Positions 9,367 to 17,201 of a DNA stretch of 32,000 bases are shown here, in pieces. The position numbers and the translations under genes are program-made. The notes beneath the pieces are model-generated. The model was not told where the DNA came from, searched no databases, and was given only the letters and a program-made list of their open reading frames with translations. The stretch covers positions 150,001-182,000 of the forward strand of contig NZ_CP036280.1 in assembly GCF_007748075.1 (NCBI RefSeq), in the 5' to 3' direction. This DNA comes from Mucisphaera calidilacus. GTDB taxonomy: Bacteria; Planctomycetota; Phycisphaerae; Phycisphaerales; Phycisphaeraceae. How positions within the stretch are numbered: the stretch's first letter is position 1; every line of letters begins with the position of its first letter.

Positions 9367-9410
9367 GGGTGGCTGTGGACAGACCCGAGCCCGCGAGGGG
9401 CTGCCCACAG
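9367..9410. repeat. Left REP-like palindrome
   Basis: CTGTGGACAG (9373-9382) pairs 9/10 with CTGCCCACAG (9401-9410). The 12-mer GGCTGCCCACAG (9399-9410) recurs at 9993-10004. Confidence 0.6.
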
Positions 9411-9440
9411 AAGTATGGGACATTACGATATCATGCTTTT

Positions 9441-9977
9441 ATGAAATCATCATTCATTGAAGCACCTCACTGCATCCATATCCTGACATTCAGTTGTTAT
9501 CACGGGTACCAGTTTCTCAACGCCGAGCGAACACGTCATTGGCTTGCCAGAGCCACCGACTCTGCATGCCTTGAGTTCAATACCCGACTCATTGCTTACG
9601 TCTTTATGCCTGAGCATGTTCACATGATGATTCAGCCCAGACTGGCCTCGATGGTGACGGACCGTTTCCTCCGTCGTGTGAAAGCACCCGTTGCTCGGAA
9701 AGCAATTCAACACCTTGTCCAATCGAATCCCGCATGGCTCGCTCGTATTTCCCGTAAACGCGGCCATCGAACCGAGCGGGTCTTCTGGCAGTCAGGAGGA
9801 GGTTACGATCACTGCACCTATTCTGATACCGAAGCCAATCGCCTGATCGACTATATTCATACCAATCCTGTGAGGAAAGGGCTTGTAGTTCGGCCGCAGG
9901 ATTGGATCTGGTCGAGCGCAGCATGGTACGTGTCAGGGAAGCCCGGTCCTTGTGTCGTCCACGGCATCAGATCTTGA
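9441..9977 (+). CDS. REP-associated tyrosine transposase (RAYT), IS200/IS605 Y1 HUH family
   Basis: The HUH motif is in FMPEHVHMMIQP and the catalytic-Tyr helix is in LIDYIHTNPVRKGLVVRPQDWIWSS. ATG 9441 is preferred, because the GTG 9369 extension would run through the REP palindrome. Confidence 0.8.
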   Translation: MKSSFIEAPHCIHILTFSCYHGYQFLNAERTRHWLARATDSACLEFNTRLIAYVFMPEHVHMMIQPRLASMVTDRFLRRVKAPVARKAIQHLVQSNPAWLARISRKRGHRTERVFWQSGGGYDHCTYSDTEANRLIDYIHTNPVRKGLVVRPQDWIWSSAAWYVSGKPGPCVVHGIRS

Positions 9978-9992
9978 GACAGTCGTTATTTC

Positions 9993-10071
9993 GGCTGCCC
10001 ACAGGATCTTCGATCATCTGGCACCCACAACTCTGTGGGCAAGACCCTTTGGGCCTTGTCCACAGCCACCC
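9993..10071. repeat. Right REP-like palindrome cluster
   Basis: TGCCCACAG (9996-10004) pairs perfectly with CTGTGGGCA (10033-10041). An inner CCCACA (10024-10029) / TGTGGG (10034-10039) pair is also present. The terminal TTGTCCACAGCCACCC lies at 10056-10071. Confidence 0.6.
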
Positions 10072-10102
10072 GACCGGATCCGTCTCGAGATCCCCATCGC
10101 CC

Positions 10103-11542
10103 CTAGTACAGCGTCTCAATCTCCGCGCCCGGATAGAAGAAGGCGAGGATCTCCGCGTGGCCGTAACCGCGTGTCGCCATGTCCTGCGCCCCCCACTGCG
10201 AGAGCCCGACGCCGTGTCCGTAACCCCGCCCTTCGACGATCACGACGCGTTCGCCACGCACCTCGACCTGCACAAAACTGCTCTTGAGTCGTTCGTTGCG
10301 CTCCAGAGGCGTCAGCGTGGGCCGCGTGTAGTTCGCCGCCCAGCGGAACTGCTCGGAGTGCAGCACGAAGTCGTTGCCATCGAGGTCGATCAGCGTGAAT
10401 TCCACCGGCCGGCCCGCCTGGGTCTTCTTGGTGACCACGATCCGGATCAGCCCGTTCATCCGCGCGACCGCGTGCCGGTTGGCGACGCCCCACGCCTTGA
10501 CGCGGGCCACGAACGCGACCTTGCTCCGGTTGATCGGTCCCCACTTGGCGTGGGGGCTGGTTGCGCCGACGTCGTAGTGATTGCGGCTGCGTAGCGGCGC
10601 GATTTTCGCCACGTCGCCGAAGGCATCCCACGCGCTCTGGGCCGCGCCACCCGAGTCGGCCGAGTAGAACGCCGGCACGACCCTGCGGTCATAGACCAAG
10701 ACCTGGCCCTCGGTGTCGCGGACCGCGTCCAATGCCCGCTGGTGCGAGGTCGCGCCGGTGTAGACCTGGCTGGCCGTGGTCGATTCGAGGTCGAAGCCGC
10801 GGGCCTGTGTGGTTGAGGCCTCGAAGATCGCGTAGGTGCGGGCAGCGACCGCCTGCGTGCGGAAAGCCGCCGGCTCCCAATTGCCATAGAGCTCGCCGAT
10901 GAGCACGCCCGGCAGGTAGGTCTCGATCGGGACGTAATTCATGACGTCGAGGTCGGGGCTGTCGGTCTCGCTGCGGTAGCCGTGCTCGACGACCAGCTGG
11001 CCGGGGTACTTCTTGCCGTTGAGGCCGATCGGCTCGCCATCGACCGAGCGGAGGCCGACGCGCGGGCCGACGATGCCGTAGGTCTCGCCCTGCCCGTCGG
11101 TCACGCTCAGGCCGGTGATCGTCCGCCGGATGGTCACCGGAGCGGTCATGGTCGTGGGTGCGTCCAGCCGGTCTCCGATCCCGACCATGCCGACGTTGTA
11201 GCTGCTGTCGCCGCCGAACCGAAGGTTCTGGGCGTTCTTCATGATCCGCACGCGGAGGATCGGCTCGCCGGTGACGGACGCGGCGGGCGGCCCGTGGCGG
11301 AGGGTGGGAACGGCGAGGGCGCGGTTTGCGGAGACCCGCTCTTCCTTGGTGCGGAGGACCTGCGGCTGGAGTTCCTCGGGGTCGAGGGGCTCCCACTGCG
11401 ACTCGCAGGCCGTGACCGAGAGCACGAGCAGCAGGCCGATGAGGCTCAGGATGCCGAGGGTGAGGTTCGGGCGTTCCCGCCAGTCAAACCTTCGCCAGTC
11501 GTATTGTTGCCGGTTCAAGCGGATTCGGTGCATGAGATTCAT
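10103..11542 (-). CDS. SpoIID/LytB domain protein (cell-wall lytic transglycosylase / amidase enhancer family)
   Basis: N-terminal membrane anchor LTLGILSLIGLLLVLSVTAC. Conserved blocks are YLPGVLIGELYGNWEPAAFRTQAVAARTYA, VPAFYSADSGG and GRGYGHGVGLSQWGA. GAGAGGAG lies 6 nt upstream of the ATG. Confidence 0.85.
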   Translation of the reverse strand: MNLMHRIRLNRQQYDWRRFDWRERPNLTLGILSLIGLLLVLSVTACESQWEPLDPEELQPQVLRTKEERVSANRALAVPTLRHGPPAASVTGEPILRVRIMKNAQNLRFGGDSSYNVGMVGIGDRLDAPTTMTAPVTIRRTITGLSVTDGQGETYGIVGPRVGLRSVDGEPIGLNGKKYPGQLVVEHGYRSETDSPDLDVMNYVPIETYLPGVLIGELYGNWEPAAFRTQAVAARTYAIFEASTTQARGFDLESTTASQVYTGATSHQRALDAVRDTEGQVLVYDRRVVPAFYSADSGGAAQSAWDAFGDVAKIAPLRSRNHYDVGATSPHAKWGPINRSKVAFVARVKAWGVANRHAVARMNGLIRIVVTKKTQAGRPVEFTLIDLDGNDFVLHSEQFRWAANYTRPTLTPLERNERLKSSFVQVEVRGERVVIVEGRGYGHGVGLSQWGAQDMATRGYGHAEILAFFYPGAEIETLY

Positions 11543-11664
11543 CGCGGCTCCTCTCGTCCGTGAGATGCCGAGGCTGGGGCGTCTTCCTTGTGCCGAGTCA
11601 CATTATCGGCCCTAACCGCCCAGATTGCCAACTCCGGGTCCGGGTGATCGGGTAGGATCGGCAC

Positions 11665-13461
11665 ATGGCGATCGCGACGATGGACGCACGGAAGCGTTGG
11701 CGATTCCGGACGGAATCGCTCAATGGGGCTGAACAAGGCATGGATGCCCTGGTCCGGGACACGGGTCTGGACCCGATGATCCTCCGCCTTCTCGCCCGCA
11801 GGGGCCAGCACACCCCCGAGCAGATCGATCGGTTCCTCAATCCCCGGCTGACCGACCTGCACGACCCGGACCTGTTGCCCGGGGCGGTGGATGCGGCCCG
11901 CCGGCTCAGCAGCGCGATCCGGGACCGACGGCCGATCATCATCTATGGCGACTACGACGTCGATGGCGTCACGGCCAGCGCGATCCTCTGGCACACCCTC
12001 AAGGCTTTCGACGCCGACGTGCGGACCTACATCCCCCACCGGATCGACGAGGGGTATGGCATCAACACCGAGGCTCTGCTGGGGCTGATCGAGGGCTGCG
12101 ACCGGCCGCCGGTCATTATCTCGGTCGACTGCGGGATCACCGCGGTTGAGCCGGCGCAGGCGGCGGTCGAGGCGGGTGCGGAGCTAATCATCACGGACCA
12201 CCACGGGTTCGAGGGCGACGCGTTGCCTCAGGCCCACGTGCTTGTCCACCCTGGGCTGGAGCGGGAGGAGGGTGGGGCCTATCCCTGGCGTGATCTCTGC
12301 GGCGCGGGTGTGGCTTTCAAGGTCGCGTGGGCGTTGGCTCGGGAGCACACGGGCCAGCCGAGGCTGGATACGGAGCTGCGTGCCTTGTTGCTTGACCTTG
12401 TGAGTCTGGCGGCGCTGGGGACCGTGGCGGATGTCGTGCCGCTACTCGACGAGAACCGGGTGATCGCGTCGATCGGTCTGCGTCAGATCAAGCGGACGCG
12501 GTTTGTGGGTCTCAACGCGATGATCAAGGCCGCGAAGCTCGAGAGCGAACGCGTGAGTGCTCATCACGTCGGTTTTGTGCTCGGGCCGAGGCTCAACGCC
12601 TGCGGGCGCATGGGTCATGCGGGCGAGGCGTTGCGGTTGCTGACCGATGCGACCGAGGAGGAGGCGGAGGCCATCGCGGCGGAGCTGACGCGCGTGAATA
12701 ACGAGCGGCGCAGCACCGAGCGACGGATCGCCGACGCGGCCAAACAGCTAGTCGAGGAGGAGGGGTGGGACGCGCCGGACCGGCGGGCGCTCGTGGTGGT
12801 GGGCGAGGACTGGCACCCGGGCGTGCTCGGGATCGTGGCGAGTCGACTGGTTGACGCTTTCTCGCGTCCCTCGATCGTGCTGAGTCTCAACGGGGAGGGG
12901 ATCGCGAGCGGATCGGCGCGGAGTGTGGATGGCGTCTCGATTCTTGACGGGCTGACGTCGTGTTCAGATTGCTTCACGCGTTTTGGCGGCCACGCGATGG
13001 CGGCGGGCATGACCCTGCCGGGCGACCGTGTCGACGAGCTGCGTGAGCGTCTGGTGGCGTTCGTGAACGAGCGGCTGAGCCCCGATGAGCTGCGACCCGT
13101 GCTGAAGCTCGAGGAGAAGCTGGACCTGGGATCGTGCACGGAGGCGGTCTGCAAGCAGATCGAGCGTCTAGCGCCGTTTGGCCGGGGCAACCCCGCGCCA
13201 TGCTGGACGTTCGAGGGGTTGACGATCGAGGACGAGCCGCGGGTCATGGGGCGTGGCGGGGCGCACCTGGCGCTGCGTGTCGCGGACCGCGAGGCGGACC
13301 GACGGATCCGGATGGTGGGCTGGCGGCTGGGTTCGCTGGCCGAGCAACTGGCCACGGGTGTGCGTGTCGACGTGGCGGGTGTGCCGAGGCATTCGGTCTG
13401 GCAGGGGATGAGCCGGGTTGAGATCGAGATCAGCGACCTGCGGGTGTGCGAAGCGGTCTGA
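11665..13461 (+). CDS. recJ: Single-stranded-DNA-specific exonuclease RecJ
   Basis: DHH-family motifs IIIYGDYDVDGVTASAIL, ISVDCG and LIITDHHG, plus DHHA1 FGGHAMAAG. The start could instead be ATG 11680. Confidence 0.9.
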   Translation: MAIATMDARKRWRFRTESLNGAEQGMDALVRDTGLDPMILRLLARRGQHTPEQIDRFLNPRLTDLHDPDLLPGAVDAARRLSSAIRDRRPIIIYGDYDVDGVTASAILWHTLKAFDADVRTYIPHRIDEGYGINTEALLGLIEGCDRPPVIISVDCGITAVEPAQAAVEAGAELIITDHHGFEGDALPQAHVLVHPGLEREEGGAYPWRDLCGAGVAFKVAWALAREHTGQPRLDTELRALLLDLVSLAALGTVADVVPLLDENRVIASIGLRQIKRTRFVGLNAMIKAAKLESERVSAHHVGFVLGPRLNACGRMGHAGEALRLLTDATEEEAEAIAAELTRVNNERRSTERRIADAAKQLVEEEGWDAPDRRALVVVGEDWHPGVLGIVASRLVDAFSRPSIVLSLNGEGIASGSARSVDGVSILDGLTSCSDCFTRFGGHAMAAGMTLPGDRVDELRERLVAFVNERLSPDELRPVLKLEEKLDLGSCTEAVCKQIERLAPFGRGNPAPCWTFEGLTIEDEPRVMGRGGAHLALRVADREADRRIRMVGWRLGSLAEQLATGVRVDVAGVPRHSVWQGMSRVEIEISDLRVCEAV

Positions 13462-13470
13462 CGCGATTCA

Positions 13471-13503
13471 GAAAAAAGACAAGGCTCCGTTGGGAGCCTT
13501 GCC
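13471..13503 (-). terminator. Rho-independent terminator, best for the minus-strand PEP-CTERM gene; sits between convergent genes
   Basis: CAAGGCTCC (13480-13488), loop GTTG, GGAGCCTTG (13493-13501). On the minus strand the hairpin is followed by CTTTTTTC. Confidence 0.5.
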
Positions 13504-13530
13504 GTGTGTATGAGATTGATTCGGGTTTGA

Positions 13531-14220
13531 TCAGCGTCGTGCGCGACGTGCGGCCATCAGTCCGAGGAGGACGAGTCCGCCGGCCGCTGCGGCGGGTGAG
13601 GGTGCGGGGATGGGCGGGGGCGCGACCTGGTGCTGGGTGACGACACGCATGGTGTCGATGCGGGCGTTGCCGGGGACGTACCAGTTGAAGTCGGCGGTCG
13701 TGCCGGCGACGGTGGTGACGTCGTTGATCCCGCCGCCGCCTGCGCCGGCGCCGCGGTCACGCGCGTTGGTGGGGTAGAGGACATCGACGCCAAGCGTCGC
13801 GGGGACGTAGGTGGCCTCGTCCCAGAGCGAGGTGATGGCCTGCTCGAAGGTGTTGAGGGCGTTGTCGGCGCCGAAGTAGCCCAGGATGGTCGCTTCGAAA
13901 TCGAAGGACATGTCGAGGGTGCCGCCGGTGGCGTGGTCGGGGTCGTAGTGGACGTAGTGGACGTCGACGAGGGTGCCGCCCGCTGCGCTAACGGTCTCGA
14001 TGTAGTCGGAACCGATGAGGTCGGTGATGCTGCTGAGCGAGAGCCCGCTGAACTCCTCGAAGACCAGGATGCCGTTGTCGGGCGTCGTGGTCCCGGTGGC
14101 GTCGCGGTTGTCGCGGAGGTCCGCCGTGCCGGATGCGGGCAGGGTTGTGACAGAGCCGGCCATGGCGTGCGAAGCGGTCAGGGTCAGAGCACCGAGTGCG
14201 GCGAGCGTGGAAATCTTCAT
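13531..14220 (-). CDS. Secreted PEP-CTERM-anchored protein (cargo 1)
   Basis: Signal peptide MKISTLAALGALTLTASHAMA. C-terminal sorting signal PIPAPSPAAAAGGLVLLGLMAARRARR (PEP-like motif, hydrophobic helix, Arg cluster). Confidence 0.7.
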   Translation of the reverse strand: MKISTLAALGALTLTASHAMAGSVTTLPASGTADLRDNRDATGTTTPDNGILVFEEFSGLSLSSITDLIGSDYIETVSAAGGTLVDVHYVHYDPDHATGGTLDMSFDFEATILGYFGADNALNTFEQAITSLWDEATYVPATLGVDVLYPTNARDRGAGAGGGGINDVTTVAGTTADFNWYVPGNARIDTMRVVTQHQVAPPPIPAPSPAAAAGGLVLLGLMAARRARR

Positions 14221-14533
14221 GGGAAAAGCCTTTCTACTCCAAGGTGTGCAGAAGTCATTACCGTCACCACCACGATGATTGGTATTGAGTTGAGGACGCA
14301 GCCTCGCGGGAAGTATGTGATTCAGGGGAGAAACGGCCAGCGATCTTGTGGGGATATGGGGTCGGAAGCTTGCCGGGCGTCTGCGTGATCGGCGCAGGTC
14401 TCCCGGTTTGACAGGTTGTGGCCTTGATGCGTGGGTGAATCACGGGGTGGCGGTGTTCGCGCGTCGCCGTACTGCTGTGCGCAGGCCGCGTCTGCGGCCC
14501 GGTCCGTCAGGCGTCACCCGGGTTGTGTATCGA

Positions 14534-16183
14534 TCAGCCGGCGAGTCGGTGCTGTGTGGATGGCTTGTCGTCGAGTGGTGCGACGTAGCGTCCGGGGCTG
14601 ATGGTGTCGTTGGGGTCGAGGGTCTGCTTGATGCTGTTGACCACGTCCCAGAAGGGGTCGCCTTCGAGGCGGAGCTTGGCGTAGCCGGTGGGCCCGCTGC
14701 GGTAGGGGATGAAGCCGGACTCCATGAGGATCTTCATCAGTTCCTCGTAGCAATCCTGGGCGCGCTGGCACTCTTCGGGGATGCGTTTGTCGAAGGAGAT
14801 GTTGGTGATGCAGATCATGGCGCGTTCGGTGATCATGGTGAAGGTGACCAGCGAGTCGAAGCCGTGTTTCTGGTAGACGGGTTCCATCAGGTTCATGAGC
14901 TGTCGAGCGTCTTCGCCACGGTTCGGCACGACGGGCGACAGCCATGCGATGCCGGCGTGGACGTCGAGCGGGTCGGCGGGCAGCTCGGGCTCGGGGTCGC
15001 GGACGCGCCAGGCGGCGCCGCGGATGTGTTCGTTGGAGGGTTCACCCTTGAGCAGGCCGTAGACGGGCTTGAAGATGCCGAGCATCTCGCCGAGCCAGCC
15101 TCCCGCGCCGACCATGGCCAGACCCTTCTGGATGCGTTCGGCGAGGGCGAGTCGCTGGTCGTTGATGAAGCGGACGTTGTAGGGCTTGAGGACTCGGGCG
15201 AGTTCCTTGCGGACGGCCCTGACGGTGCCTTTTGTGCCGGAGACGGAGCCGCAGCCGTTCCACATGCCGATCATGCCCTGCTTGCGGATGTCGGCGCGGA
15301 CGTCTTCGGGCAGGGGGGTGATGCCCTGCGTCTGGTCGAACGGGTAGCGCATGCGTGCGGACATGATGCGCAGGTCGTTGCCGATGTGGATCGCGCTCTG
15401 GAGGAGTCCCTGCATGCGGAGGGGTGCGAGTCGGTTGACGATGTCTTCGAGGTCGTGGTCGTTGTGTCCCATGAAGACGAAGGAGCAGAAGTCCTCGGGT
15501 TTAGGCATGAGCCAGATATTGATGCGTGTGACGATGCCCATGTTGGACTGGACGAAGAGCCCGTCGAGCATGGGCCCGACGCCATAGGGGTAGACCTTGT
15601 CGCTTTTGGCGTTGGGGTAGTGGCCGTAGCCGGTGTGGATGACGCGGCCGTCGGGGAGGACGACTTCCATGCCGCAGCAGGAGAGGAAGTGGTCGCCATA
15701 GCGTGTGTGCCCGAACCCGTGGTCAAGGGTGTTGCCGACGAGGCTGGCGTCGACGCCTGCGCCGGTGGCATCGACCCAGAGGTCGGGTGCGTGTTCGGCG
15801 AGGTGCTGGCTGAGTTGGCCCTGGGAGACGCCTGGCTGGATGACGGCGTAGGCGAGTTCGCGGTTGAGTTCGAGGACCTGGTTCATGCGTGAGAGGTCGA
15901 GGATGACCTGTCCGCGTTCGACCGGTCCTGCGTCGCCGTAGCCCCAGTTCTTGCCGCGTGAGATGGCGTGGACGGCGGTGTTGGTGTCGTTGGCGGCCTT
16001 GACGATCCCGGCGACCTCGTCGGTGGTGACGGGGTAGAGGATGGCGTCGGGGACGCGGGGGTTGCCGAAGGTCGATCGGCCGTAGCGCTGGCGTGTGGTC
16101 TCGGTGGCGTCGATGCGGTCGTCGGGGAGGATCCGGGCGACACGTCCGAGAAACTTCTGGGTATCGGCGATCTGCGCGCACAT
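14534..16183 (-). CDS. FAD-linked oxidase, VAO/PCMH (vanillyl-alcohol oxidase / p-cresol methylhydroxylase-like) family
   Basis: Family-like blocks are AISRGKNWGYGDAGP, MNQVLELNRELAYAVIQPGVSQGQL, GNTLDHGFGHTRYGDHFLSCCGMEVVLPDGRVIHTG and GLFVQSNMGIVTRINIWLMPKPE. ATG 16183 is preferred (AGGAGA 8 nt upstream) over ATG 16234. Confidence 0.8.
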   Translation of the reverse strand: MCAQIADTQKFLGRVARILPDDRIDATETTRQRYGRSTFGNPRVPDAILYPVTTDEVAGIVKAANDTNTAVHAISRGKNWGYGDAGPVERGQVILDLSRMNQVLELNRELAYAVIQPGVSQGQLSQHLAEHAPDLWVDATGAGVDASLVGNTLDHGFGHTRYGDHFLSCCGMEVVLPDGRVIHTGYGHYPNAKSDKVYPYGVGPMLDGLFVQSNMGIVTRINIWLMPKPEDFCSFVFMGHNDHDLEDIVNRLAPLRMQGLLQSAIHIGNDLRIMSARMRYPFDQTQGITPLPEDVRADIRKQGMIGMWNGCGSVSGTKGTVRAVRKELARVLKPYNVRFINDQRLALAERIQKGLAMVGAGGWLGEMLGIFKPVYGLLKGEPSNEHIRGAAWRVRDPEPELPADPLDVHAGIAWLSPVVPNRGEDARQLMNLMEPVYQKHGFDSLVTFTMITERAMICITNISFDKRIPEECQRAQDCYEELMKILMESGFIPYRSGPTGYAKLRLEGDPFWDVVNSIKQTLDPNDTISPGRYVAPLDDKPSTQHRLAG

Positions 16184-16363
16184 AGGGAGGGTCTCCTGTT
16201 CTGTGGAGGGGTATCGACCGTTCGGCGGCGGCATGTGACTGTGAGGGGGGTAACGCGCGCGTGTTAAGAATGGCGGTTTAGCTTGTCTGGGTTTGAGTCG
16301 TGCGTGGCGGGTGCCGATGCAGATGGTGAGCCGGGAGTCCTCTTATCTTGGGAGTGCGTTCGG

Positions 16364-17116
16364 ATGTCAGAGCAGGAATCGTCCACGGGAGCGGAGTCGT
16401 TTGAGCCGTCGGCGAACGGGTCCGGGCTGACGTTTGACGTCGCTCGTGATCTCGCTGAGGTCGAGGAGTGCTGGTCGCTGGTTTATCGGTCGTACATCAA
16501 GGCGGGTCTGATCGAGCCGAACGCGGAGCGGGTGCACACGGTGCCGCAGACGATCTCGCCCGGGACGCTGGTGGCGTATGGCCGAATCCATGACGTGATC
16601 GTGAGCACGATGACGGTCTATCTCGACGGCCCTTTGGGTCTGCCTTTGGACATGGTTTACAAGGACGAGTTGGATCAGCTGCGTGGCGAGGGTCGGAAGC
16701 TGGTGGAGCTGGGGTTGTTCGCGGACCGCCGTCAGCACCTGTACCGGTCGATCGACGCGATCCTGGAGTTGATGCGTTATTGCACGCATTACTCGGTGAA
16801 CGAGGGGCATCTGGATGCGGTGGTGGGTGTGAACCCGCGGCACGTGCCGTTCTATGTGAAGCTGCTGGGGTTTGAGGCGATCGGTGAGACGAAGACCTAC
16901 GAGACGGTGAACGACTTCCCGGTGGTGCTGTTGCACCTGGACTGGCCGAAGAAGACTGCGATGAAGCGTCTGCCAAAGGGTCTGGCGCATCTTCACGAGC
17001 CGGCGATCAGCCCGGACTACTACGCGACGCGTTGTGTGCTGACGCCTGAGCGGATCGCGGGGACGCCTGTTGAGAAGGCGGTGGAGCGCAAGTCGGTGGC
17101 GTTGTCGGCGATGTGA
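16364..17116 (+). CDS. FeeM-like long-chain N-acyl amino acid synthase (GNAT-related; resembles the PEP-CTERM/exosortase-associated acyltransferase branch)
   Basis: EECWSLVYRSYIKAGLIEPN..., STMTVYLDGPLGLPLDMVYKDELDQLRGEGRKLVELGLFA and VVGVNPRHVPFYVKLLGFEAIGETKTYETVNDFPVVLLHLD follow the FeeM/NasY family pattern as I recall it. ATG 16364 has GGGAG upstream. Confidence 0.6.
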   Translation: MSEQESSTGAESFEPSANGSGLTFDVARDLAEVEECWSLVYRSYIKAGLIEPNAERVHTVPQTISPGTLVAYGRIHDVIVSTMTVYLDGPLGLPLDMVYKDELDQLRGEGRKLVELGLFADRRQHLYRSIDAILELMRYCTHYSVNEGHLDAVVGVNPRHVPFYVKLLGFEAIGETKTYETVNDFPVVLLHLDWPKKTAMKRLPKGLAHLHEPAISPDYYATRCVLTPERIAGTPVEKAVERKSVALSAM

Positions 17117-17136
17117 GGGTGATTCTGAGTGGGTGT

Positions 17137-17175
17137 AAAAAAAGAGCGTGAGCCGAAGCTCACGCTCTTTGTGTT
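17137..17175. terminator. Bidirectional rho-independent terminator between convergent genes
   Basis: AAAGAGCGTGAGC (17141-17153), loop CGAA, GCTCACGCTCTTT (17158-17170): a perfect 13-bp stem. An A-run lies 5' and a T-rich tract lies 3'. Confidence 0.75.
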
Positions 17176-17201
17176 ATTCAGATGTGGGTCCTGATGGTGT
17201 A

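Larger units (their letters stand above)
9367..10071 (+). mobile_element. RAYT/REP unit: IS200-like Y1 transposase gene bounded by perfect 15-bp inverted repeats
   Basis: GGGTGGCTGTGGACA (9367-9381) is the exact reverse complement of TGTCCACAGCCACCC (10057-10071). The interior is visibly lower in G+C: my hand counts are about 35-55% per 60-nt line for 9421-9600, against over 60% in the flanks. Codon usage is atypical, with many T-ending codons. Confidence 0.6.

Noticed and set aside
9369-9440. Longer GTG 9369 start for the RAYT ORF
   Set aside because: The extension would be translated through the REP palindrome and has no similarity to Y1 transposase N-termini. ATG 9441 fits the family length.
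11543-11664. SpoIID-recJ divergent intergenic region as the origin
   Set aside because: It is only ~120 bp, is not AT-rich, and shows no DnaA-box-like motifs by eye. The skew switch appears to lie further left.
14348-15892. 514-aa + strand ORF antisense to the VAO-like gene; likewise 8054..9172 (-), 25105..26532 (-), 30755..31918 (+), 23628..24629 (+) and 19234..20019 (+)
   Set aside because: All are G/D/V/A/E-rich or R/H/P-rich shadows of confidently identified genes on the opposite strand (GH5, tuf, ggt, PEP-CTERM cargo 3, ilvB). High GC suppresses stop codons in these frames.
16184-16234. ATG 16234 as the start of the VAO-like gene, and GTG 20253 as the start of ilvB
   Set aside because: The downstream ATGs (16183 and 20226) have properly spaced AGGAGA/GGAG sites. 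The extensions add no conserved sequence. This remains uncertain without N-terminal data.
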